DNA of 64,000 bases from Candidatus Cloacimonadota bacterium. GTDB lineage: Bacteria; Cloacimonadota; Cloacimonadia; Cloacimonadales; GCA-2742885. Location: NCBI GenBank assembly GCA_002742885.1, contig PDOO01000026.1, positions 4,969-68,968 on the forward strand, given 5' to 3'. Made by a program: the position numbers and the translations under genes. Below are positions 52,628 to 60,309 of the stretch, piece after piece. How positions within the stretch are numbered: the first letter of the stretch is position 1; each line of letters opens with the position of its first letter. The notes beneath the pieces are model-generated. The model was not told the origin of the DNA and searched no databases. It saw only the letters and a program-made list of their open reading frames with translations.

Positions 52628-53983
52628 TCAATAGCCCAGCTTATACATTTTTCCGGGATTCATCAAATCATCAAATTCTTCTTCCGAGAATAAATTTATC
52701 GCCAAAACGATTTCTTTTACACTCTTTCCGGAACTTATTGATTCGGCTAAAATTTCTTCAACTTTTTTATAACCTGCCTTTTCAATCATAACAGTTGCCA
52801 AAGATTTACTTTTTAATAAGTTAGACATACAATTCTCATTATTTGCTTTAATTCCTTTCAAACATTTTTCGTTAAACAAAGGAACAGTATTGCTCATAAG
52901 ATGAAGAGATTCTAAAACTGTATAGCTTATCAGAGGCATAAATTGGTTAAGCTCTAAATTTCCCGAAGCGGCGCATACCGATATTATTTGATCATTTGCC
53001 ATTATTTTTATCGCAACCTGGGAAATCATCTCGGGCATTACGGGATTAACTTTTCCGGGCATAACGGTTGAACCTTTTTGACGAACAGGAAGAATGATTT
53101 CCCCGAATCCTCCGTCCGGTCCGGAGGAAAGCAAACGCAAATCCGTTCCTATTTTTAAAAGATTGACCGCAGCCGCTTTCAGAATACCGGAAATTTCGGC
53201 AAATTGATCCTGATTTTGCGTTGAATCAATCAAGTTTTCGCTTCTCGAAACAGCCAAGCCGGTTATTTTGCGCAATCTGTCCGTAACTTTGAAGATGTAA
53301 TCTCTCGGAGCAGTAAGACCTGTTCCGATTGCGGTTCCTCCCAGATTAACGGTTTTGATTCTTTCCCGGCATTTAAAAACTCTCCATCTGTCTCTGGCAA
53401 TCGCTTCGGCAAAAGCCCCGAAAGTCATGCCCAAAGTCATCGGAACAGCATCCTGAAGTTGCGTTCGCCCTAATTTTACGACATCTTTGAATTCCTGTTC
53501 TTTATGCTGCAAAGTTGTTTGCATATCGCCGACTGCGGTTTCCAGCTTTTTCAAATAAAAAAGAACGGCGACTTTTAAAGCCGTAGGATAAACGTCATTG
53601 GTGGATTGATGGAGATTTACATGGCGCAGCGGATCAATTGAAAATTTTCCTTCGATTAATTCTTCGGCTCGGGCAGCTATAACCTCATTAACATTCATAT
53701 TAAAAGAAGTTCCCGCTCCTCCCTGAAAAGGATCAAGCGGGAATTGTTCAAAATGCTTTCCTGAAAGTATCTCTTTACATGCTCTGCTTATCGCAAGAAA
53801 AATATCGTTATCGAGAAAACCGAGTTCCGCATTAACTTCGGCGCAAGCAAGTTTCACGGCGGCAAACGACTTTATGAAAAGCGGATACATCTTATAACCT
53901 GAAACAGAAAAATTATCAATAGCTTTTTCCGTTTCGCTTCCGTAATATTTAACGGTCATCTTCACCTCAAAAATTTCTGACAA
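52628..53983 (-). CDS. aspA: Aspartate ammonia-lyase family protein
   Basis: QGGAGTSFNMNVNEV, QSTND.YPTA, GRTQLQDAVP, GSTVMPGKVNP, GNLELN. Confidence 0.88.
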   Translation of the reverse strand: MSEIFEVKMTVKYYGSETEKAIDNFSVSGYKMYPLFIKSFAAVKLACAEVNAELGFLDNDIFLAISRACKEILSGKHFEQFPLDPFQGGAGTSFNMNVNEVIAARAEELIEGKFSIDPLRHVNLHQSTNDVYPTALKVAVLFYLKKLETAVGDMQTTLQHKEQEFKDVVKLGRTQLQDAVPMTLGMTFGAFAEAIARDRWRVFKCRERIKTVNLGGTAIGTGLTAPRDYIFKVTDRLRKITGLAVSRSENLIDSTQNQDQFAEISGILKAAAVNLLKIGTDLRLLSSGPDGGFGEIILPVRQKGSTVMPGKVNPVMPEMISQVAIKIMANDQIISVCAASGNLELNQFMPLISYTVLESLHLMSNTVPLFNEKCLKGIKANNENCMSNLLKSKSLATVMIEKAGYKKVEEILAESISSGKSVKEIVLAINLFSEEEFDDLMNPGKMYKLGY

Positions 53984-54269
53984 TATCTTTTAATTCATCA
54001 GTCAATTCTTGCCAAAACTCTTTTCCCAAATCATTAGCTTCCGCAATCATTCCGAGCTTATCATTGATTTGATAACGAACCTGGGCTGTATCAAGACTGT
54101 CTTTACCGGCAAAAAATGACCAGCGTCGTCCTTTCAACTCACAGAAAAAAATTCTTATTCCCAGCTCTGTTTCCAGCCAATAAGCAATGGCTTCCAAAAG
54201 AGATTTAAGCTCTACATGAGGTTCTGCAATATGGCGAAGATCTTTACAGATAGATGTCGCGTTCACCAT
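53967..54269 (-). CDS. Small hypothetical protein (about 100 aa) inside the maturase operon
   Basis: Overlaps the hydG end and the aspA start and fills the gap exactly; RRWSFFAG motif; likely ATG at 54269. Confidence 0.65.
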   Translation of the reverse strand: MVNATSICKDLRHIAEPHVELKSLLEAIAYWLETELGIRIFFCELKGRRWSFFAGKDSLDTAQVRYQINDKLGMIAEANDLGKEFWQELTDELKDIVRNF

Positions 54270-55740
54270 GTCTGATCCTTTCGTAATCATCTATAAATTC
54301 TTTCAATAACTTGCTTTTTTCAAAAAACGGTTCAGCTTTTATCTCATTGATTTCTCTTTGGATTAATTCTTCTCCCACCCTTTGTGTTTCGGGGGAAGCA
54401 TAATCATCCAAAAATTCACGGAAAGTAAGAACGGCATTCAATTTACAGAATTTTCCTTCAACGCAGTGTTTAAGCATACCCATAATTTTATCGCCGGTTC
54501 TGCCGCAACGATAACCGGAAGTACAGAAAGATGTAATCATGCCCATTTGAGCCAATTCTCTGACAATTTCATCCAAAGTTCTGGTATCACCGAGCATAAA
54601 TTGTTGTCTTTCTTTTTCCTGATCGGTATATTGCTCGCTGTAAGCCCCTATCCCTATTTTCGTGGAAGCATCTGTCTGAGTACAACCGAGTTTTATAACC
54701 TGACGTTTGATTTCCTGTTCTTCGCGAGCCGTAATAATCATTCCGGTATAAGGAACTGAAAGACGCAACACGGAAACAAGCTTTTTAAATTGATCGTCCG
54801 ATACTTTGTGTTCTGATTTGATGCTGAAAGAAGATCCTTCGGCTTGAGTCATTCTCGGGAAAGAAATGGTGTGAGGTCCGATTCCGAATCTGTTTTCCAA
54901 ATCAATGGCATGATAAAGAAGCCCCATAACCTCGAATCTCCAGTCGTAAAGTCCGAATAATGCGCCTACGGCAACATCATCTATTCCGGCATCCATGGCG
55001 CGATGCAAAGCATAAAGTCTCCAACGGTAATTTGATTTAGGACCGCTCGGATGCAAAGTTTTATAACTTTCATGGTGATAAGTTTCCTGAAATACCTGAT
55101 AAGTTCCTATACCTACTTCCCAAAGTTTTTTCAAATCCTCTATCGACATAGGAGCAGCATTAACATTTACCCTGCGAATGCTTCCTTCTCCGTGTCTCGC
55201 CTTCTTCTTAACGCTGTAAACAGATTCTATCGCTTTTGCCATATAATCGGCATCGGAAGCCGGATGTTCTCCGAAAACAATGATCATTCTTTTATGACCG
55301 ATATTGACCATTGCTTCAGCTTCTTTTTTTATCTCTTCCTGAGTAAGAATACGTCTTTTTTCTTTACAATTGGCTTCCCTGAATCCGCAGTACAAACAAT
55401 TGTTTACGCAAAGATTGCTGCAATACAAAGGAGCAAAGAAAACTATTCTGTTATCGTAAACTTTCCTTTTTATTTCCAAACCGGCATGAAACATTTCCTG
55501 CCAAAGATCTTCGTCTTGAACATTTAACAAACTTGCCGTCTCAAGCGGATCAAGTCTCTGAATTTCTTTTGATTTTTGGATAATGTCTCTCACAAAAGAT
55601 TTATCCGGTTTTTTAGATGATTTTATCTGATCCCAAATTAAAGCATCATCAATAAAGTCTTTTCCGTTAATTAAATACTTATCAATTTCTTCTTGCTTAA
55701 TTACTTGATTTGCCCATTCTCTCGGCTTCATTGCAGACAT
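54244..55740 (-). CDS. hydG: [FeFe]-hydrogenase maturation radical SAM protein
   Basis: FAPLY..N.CVNNCLYC, FQETYH, GPHTISFPR, auxiliary-cluster motif CX5CX19C, GERDIY end. Confidence 0.97.
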   Translation of the reverse strand: MSAMKPREWANQVIKQEEIDKYLINGKDFIDDALIWDQIKSSKKPDKSFVRDIIQKSKEIQRLDPLETASLLNVQDEDLWQEMFHAGLEIKRKVYDNRIVFFAPLYCSNLCVNNCLYCGFREANCKEKRRILTQEEIKKEAEAMVNIGHKRMIIVFGEHPASDADYMAKAIESVYSVKKKARHGEGSIRRVNVNAAPMSIEDLKKLWEVGIGTYQVFQETYHHESYKTLHPSGPKSNYRWRLYALHRAMDAGIDDVAVGALFGLYDWRFEVMGLLYHAIDLENRFGIGPHTISFPRMTQAEGSSFSIKSEHKVSDDQFKKLVSVLRLSVPYTGMIITAREEQEIKRQVIKLGCTQTDASTKIGIGAYSEQYTDQEKERQQFMLGDTRTLDEIVRELAQMGMITSFCTSGYRCGRTGDKIMGMLKHCVEGKFCKLNAVLTFREFLDDYASPETQRVGEELIQREINEIKAEPFFEKSKLLKEFIDDYERIRHGERDIYL

Positions 55741-55759
55741 AACAAATTCCTCCGCTGTC

Positions 55760-56008
55760 TTATATTTTCAAAGTTGTGGATTTGACTTTTACCGACTTTA
55801 TTTGTCCCAGTTTTCCGGTTAAACTTCCTAAAGTATCGGTTGTCATTTTAGTGATAATAAAGATAACGGCGATATTTTGTTCCGGCATCGGATACCCGAC
55901 TCGCATTTGAATTCTTTCGCCATATTCATGCAACAAAGAATTAACTTTAGGAAAAGCAGATTCTCTGTCATAAACGGTAATAGTTACTGTATGGTATTTT
56001 TCCGGCAT
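55760..56008 (-). CDS. TM1266-family iron-only hydrogenase system putative regulator (ACT/NikR C-terminal-like)
   Basis: 82 aa, first gene of the hyd operon; VN.LLHEY...I..R.G.P and LTGKLGQI..VKVK motifs. Confidence 0.85.
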   Translation of the reverse strand: MPEKYHTVTITVYDRESAFPKVNSLLHEYGERIQMRVGYPMPEQNIAVIFIITKMTTDTLGSLTGKLGQIKSVKVKSTTLKI

Positions 56009-56110
56009 AAAAAAATCCCCGTCACCTGAGATACAGAGACGGGGAATTAAAACTCTTTGTTTCTTTCGCCATCCCTTGATTTTAGAATTATCCTCAATCT
56101 CAGGAGAATT
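56009..56110 (-). promoter_or_regulatory. Candidate cis-regulatory leader RNA (terminator, antiterminator, anti-antiterminator)
   Basis: TCCCCGTC/GACGGGGA hairpin plus U7 directly before the ATG; upstream AGGGATGG can pair with CCGTCTCT; a further hairpin can hide AGGGA. Confidence 0.65.
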
Positions 56111-56478
56111 TATTTTCTTTATTTACCCTTTTGATCACAAAATTGCTTTCAATCAGGCATTAACGAACAAAATATTTTATGTTCATAAATTATGCAACCT
56201 ATTTTTTTAAAATTAAAAAATTTTTTTCACATCTGAAAATTTTTAAAAAATAATAAAAATAAAACCGTACAAGTCATAAAACATATAACTTACCAATATA
56301 TAAATAAATTAATTAAACATTTTTTATATGATTATTTCTATCCCGTCCTGCTCTTTCTATAGCGGACGTTATAAATTTTAATTTTATATCTTCCTATGTC
56401 ATTTCTTTTTTGTTTTGAAGATTATTCATATAATTTGCTCCTATTTAGCTGCTATATCCAAATTCTGCTCACTAATCA

Positions 56479-57316
56479 TTATGACCGCTCGAGTTTATCC
56501 TTATTTACCAGCCTCTTTCCATCTGTTAAACTTCCCTCTCTATGGCTTATGCTCGCTTTTTTTAAGTTTATCAATGTCTCTTTTAATTGTGGCATCACTA
56601 ACGCTTAAAATTTCACTTAATTCCAACCTTGTAATTTTAGGATTACTTAACATTAAGTCGACTATATTTCTTTGTCTATCCTTAACTGTTAATTTTATAA
56701 TATCATTAGCAATATCCTTTGGGTCATTATTTCCGACACTTTGACCGACATTTGTATCATTTACAGTATCATTCTTTGTATAATCCCCGGTATTTATCGG
56801 GTCATCTTTGTCAAATATACTATAAAAAATTACCATAATTTCATTTGGGTTAACTGTATATTTTGGTAAAGGATTACCTTCTTTTTCACAGGCTTCAACT
56901 ATTTTTTCAATACCTCGTCCCTGCGACTCAATAAACCCCGCTCTGTATAATGTCTTCGCAATTAAAGGGTTATATGGCACTGAAGAATGCTTTTCAAACA
57001 AGCTCTTTTCAGTACAACCTTCAGGAAATACACAGGTGTTACCTATAATTATTTTATCATCAAAAACCTTAATCTGAATCGGAACCTGCCTCTCATAATT
57101 TTTGTGAGCAATCGCATTTAGGACAGCCTCTCTGATCGCTTCTTTCGGATACGGGTAAGTCTCAACTCTATTAATGCCATCATAGCTTATCTGAGCTTTT
57201 AAGTATTTCAAATATAATAAATCTACAGCGTTTTTGGCTTGATACAACAAAGACCCGTAAATCTCATCTTGATATTCAATTTCAGCGCCGCTGCTAAAAT
57301 ATCCGACATCAACATC
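56479..57316 (-). pseudogene. Remnant of an AlbA/Schlafen-RecG-C (HATPase_c_4 + HTH) type ATP-binding regulator
   Basis: YPKEAIREAVLNAIAHKNY, NPLIA, IESQGRGIEKI, HTH. Homology continues upstream to a TAA at 57317 with no N-terminal domain; frameshift in the T7 run at 56557-56563. Confidence 0.7.
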
Positions 57317-57357
57317 TTAAATTCCATATTATATATATTTATATTGCGTATTGTTTT

Positions 57358-57966
57358 TTATTTCAATTCTAAATCCTTTTTATCGTATTCATTTGAACCT
57401 CTTTGGGAGCTTTTTAACTTCCAAAATTTCATGGCATCTTTACTTGATAAGTTCGGATTATCTTTCAAAAATTCTCTCATATATCTGTTGTACTCGAATT
57501 GAGGGCTTATTTCACTGACATAATTGCGGTCTTTTTTCAAGACTTCTATTCGTTTCCATTCCATTATCGCGTCACCAAGAGTTTTCCCGATATTTTCTTT
57601 CATCCATTTCATAAAAATGACATTGAATTTAAAATGAGATCCAATTTCCCGAATGAAAAAATTTCTTGCGTTTTCTCCGTTTTTATAGCTGTCTGTAATT
57701 ACAGTGTTTTTTGTCAAAACCTCATTAGTCCAATCAAAATCCGATTTAACCTTATGTGTTTTTCTTACTTTCTTAACAATTTCACCTGTCGATAAATATG
57801 TACGAATTCTATCAGATATTTCAATTTTTCCTCCCGTACTTGAAATTCCTATTGTTAGACAAAATTGAACAAGCTCCTTTTTCAGCCAATAAAAATCGTT
57901 AAAATCTTTTAGTGAAATTTCCTTGTCTAAAATTGGTTTACCCATTTTAATCTCCTGTATGTTCAT
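57358..57966 (-). CDS. SAP-like + DUF6434-type protein
   Basis: FYWLKKEL..FC, GGK.EI..RI, FKFNV.FM.WMK.N.GKTL.DA..EW, QFEYNRY. Confidence 0.75.
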   Translation of the reverse strand: MNIQEIKMGKPILDKEISLKDFNDFYWLKKELVQFCLTIGISSTGGKIEISDRIRTYLSTGEIVKKVRKTHKVKSDFDWTNEVLTKNTVITDSYKNGENARNFFIREIGSHFKFNVIFMKWMKENIGKTLGDAIMEWKRIEVLKKDRNYVSEISPQFEYNRYMREFLKDNPNLSSKDAMKFWKLKSSQRGSNEYDKKDLELK

Positions 57967-57977
57967 TTTGCAATGAC

Positions 57978-58115
57978 GCGCAACGGATTGGCTTTAAGAG
58001 TGCCGGATTTTGAAACAATAAATTCTAAAATAACCCTTGCCTCGAGCCAAAACTTGTTTTTACGGTCTGAATTATGCACACTCGTCCGCATTAAGTTGAA
58101 ACAATTATGTTGTCA
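57978..58115 (-). mobile_element. attC-like gene-cassette recombination site
   Basis: 138-bp imperfect inverted repeat; minus strand begins TGACAAC and ends GTTGCGC, 11 bp before the DUF6434 ATG. Confidence 0.45.
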
Positions 58116-58394
58116 AAAGTTTTCTTTATTTAGCTGATTGCATAGAAGGCGGATGATCTGACAGAGAGGGATTTTAAAGCTGCTCTTTTTTTAATCTTCA
58201 TAAAAATAAGCAAAATAAAATAATTTTTTCGGATTGGAATGAAAATGTTAAAAGTTCATACACAGCAACAATATCATCAGTTTAAGGGATAGTTGTCTTA
58301 ATTTTCTATAAATATCAATGGTGTCGTCTATCCATTCTTTCATATTGTAATCTTACGGATAACATCCTATACGCATCTGTTTTAATTTAAAATT

Positions 58395-60305
58395 TCAACA
58401 AATTATATCGTTTTTTTGCAACCACTTTTCCAGGATATAAAGAGTCCAAATCGGTTTTCGATTATCTTTTTTTCTCGTAAGATGTTCGTTGAGTATTTTT
58501 TTATAATATCGGGGATTTATTATGCCTGAGTTTGCCAAACGGGAAGAATAAAAAGTTGATTTTATTTCTGAATAAAGCTCTTCTCGCAGCCATTGCGTAA
58601 GCGGAATTCCGAATCCTTTCTTCTTACGATAAATAATTGAGTCAGGGAGTTTTGTTTCCAGAGCTTTTTTTAAGATATATTTTCTTGTCGTCATTCTGAA
58701 TTTAAAACGAGACGGAAGCTTGTTTACAAATTCGGCAAATTCCACATCTAAAAAAGGAGATCTAACTTCCAGAGAATTCATCATCGAAGCTCTATCGACT
58801 TTTACCAAAATATCATCCGGGAGATAAGTTTTCTGATAGGCTTCGGCAACTCGGGCAATATAATCATCTTTGAGGGCAAAGTTAAAGTTTAATGAATCGT
58901 AAACATCACTGTTTTTTACTTTTTTATAAAATAATTCCGAAAACAAATCTCGGAAATCATCAGACGAAAAAGCTCCCATCCAACGCTGATTTCTTTCAAG
59001 CAAAGGATAACGGAGACCTTTCAAAAAAGATTTAATCTTGAAATCAAGGCTCATATTCTTATCGGATACCGGAATTTTATTTGCCTGTTCGCGGAAAAAT
59101 TTAAGAAGAAAATCAGGTAAAAATTCAATTTTATTTGCCCAAAAATGAGCCAAAAAAGGATCATATCCGGCAAAAAGTTCGTCTCCCCCGTCTCCGCCCA
59201 AAGCAACAGTAACATGTTTTCGGGTAAATTCCGATAAAGCATAAGTCGGAATAATGGAAGAATCAGCCATCGGTTCATCCAATTTATCGATAATTTTCGG
59301 GATATAGTCCAAAAGATCGGAAGATTTTAAAATTTTGTGATGATGATCAGTTCCGAAAATTTTTGCAACTAGTTTGGCATGGGAACTTTCGTCAAAACTC
59401 GCTTCTTTAAATCCTAAAGAAAAAGTTTTTATCTTTTTGGTTTCCGTTATCTCGGAAAGTAAAGCCGGTATAGCGCTTGAATCTATTCCCCCGCTCAGAA
59501 AAACTCCTATCGGAACATCGCTCATCATTCTTTTCCCGATAGAGTTTTTTAATTTTTCCAGTATCAAAGAAGTTATTTTTTTTTCCGGTAAATTATTGAA
59601 ACAGGGATCCGGGATTAAATCGGGACTCCAATATTTTTCCGTTCTGAATTGAAATTCGTCTTTAAAGTTGAAAACTGCAAAATTCCCGGGTTCAAGTTTT
59701 CTGATATTTTTTATTAAAGAATCAGGAGCAAGGCAATATTCAAAACACAAATATCTAACCAAGGATTCTTCCGAGATTTCCGGTTTTACGGCAGGATGCT
59801 TAAACAGAGATTTTAATTCGGAAGCAAAGAAAAAATTACATTCATCAAATCCGTAAAAAAGAGGTTTTTGACCGAAACGATCTCGGGCAATTAACAATTC
59901 TCCGGCTCTCACATCCAGGAAAGCAAAGGCAAACATGCCGTTTAAACGTTGCAACAGATTTGTTCCGTATTCAATCAGTCCGTACAATAAAATTTCCGTA
60001 TCGGAATTTGATTTAAAATCGTAACCGGCAGTCAACAGGTCTTTTTTTATTTCCGGGTAATTATATATTTCTCCATTGAAGGAAAGGATATAATTTTCGG
60101 TTCTGTCAAACATAGGCTGGGCGGCATTATTGCTTAAATCCATAATGCTCAAACGTCTGTGTCCCAATCCGCAAAAGCAATTGTTTATTTTACGAAAAAA
60201 TGTTCCTCCCGCATCAGGTCCCCGGTGATAAAGTTCTCCGGTCATGTCTTTTATAACTTCCCCGTTTACGGCATTTCTTGAGACAAATCCTGTAATTCCG
60301 CACAT
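58395..60305 (-). CDS. asnB: Asparagine synthase (glutamine-hydrolysing) family amidotransferase
   Basis: MCGI, HRGPD, RRLSI, NGEIYN, SDTE, LSGGIDSS, GDGGDELFAGY, EVRSPFLD. Confidence 0.93.
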   Translation of the reverse strand: MCGITGFVSRNAVNGEVIKDMTGELYHRGPDAGGTFFRKINNCFCGLGHRRLSIMDLSNNAAQPMFDRTENYILSFNGEIYNYPEIKKDLLTAGYDFKSNSDTEILLYGLIEYGTNLLQRLNGMFAFAFLDVRAGELLIARDRFGQKPLFYGFDECNFFFASELKSLFKHPAVKPEISEESLVRYLCFEYCLAPDSLIKNIRKLEPGNFAVFNFKDEFQFRTEKYWSPDLIPDPCFNNLPEKKITSLILEKLKNSIGKRMMSDVPIGVFLSGGIDSSAIPALLSEITETKKIKTFSLGFKEASFDESSHAKLVAKIFGTDHHHKILKSSDLLDYIPKIIDKLDEPMADSSIIPTYALSEFTRKHVTVALGGDGGDELFAGYDPFLAHFWANKIEFLPDFLLKFFREQANKIPVSDKNMSLDFKIKSFLKGLRYPLLERNQRWMGAFSSDDFRDLFSELFYKKVKNSDVYDSLNFNFALKDDYIARVAEAYQKTYLPDDILVKVDRASMMNSLEVRSPFLDVEFAEFVNKLPSRFKFRMTTRKYILKKALETKLPDSIIYRKKKGFGIPLTQWLREELYSEIKSTFYSSRLANSGIINPRYYKKILNEHLTRKKDNRKPIWTLYILEKWLQKNDIIC

Positions 60306-60309
60306 ATTT

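Noticed and set aside
56060-56080. T-box antiterminator (AAGGGATGGCG)
   Set aside because: Lacks the UGGNACC bulge consensus, and no stem I or specifier loop is evident.
56070-56160. TPP riboswitch in the hyd leader (CTGAGA, CCTGAT, GGATAAT, AGGGA words; HydG is a ThiH relative)
   Set aside because: The motifs are in the wrong order, and the GCG of the pyrophosphate helix and the P2/P3 arm are missing.
58120-58390. Possible second cassette ORF ending ...LSDHPPSMQSAK before the attC-like site
   Set aside because: No continuous reading frame; the resemblance to an EEP SDHxP motif is too short to support.
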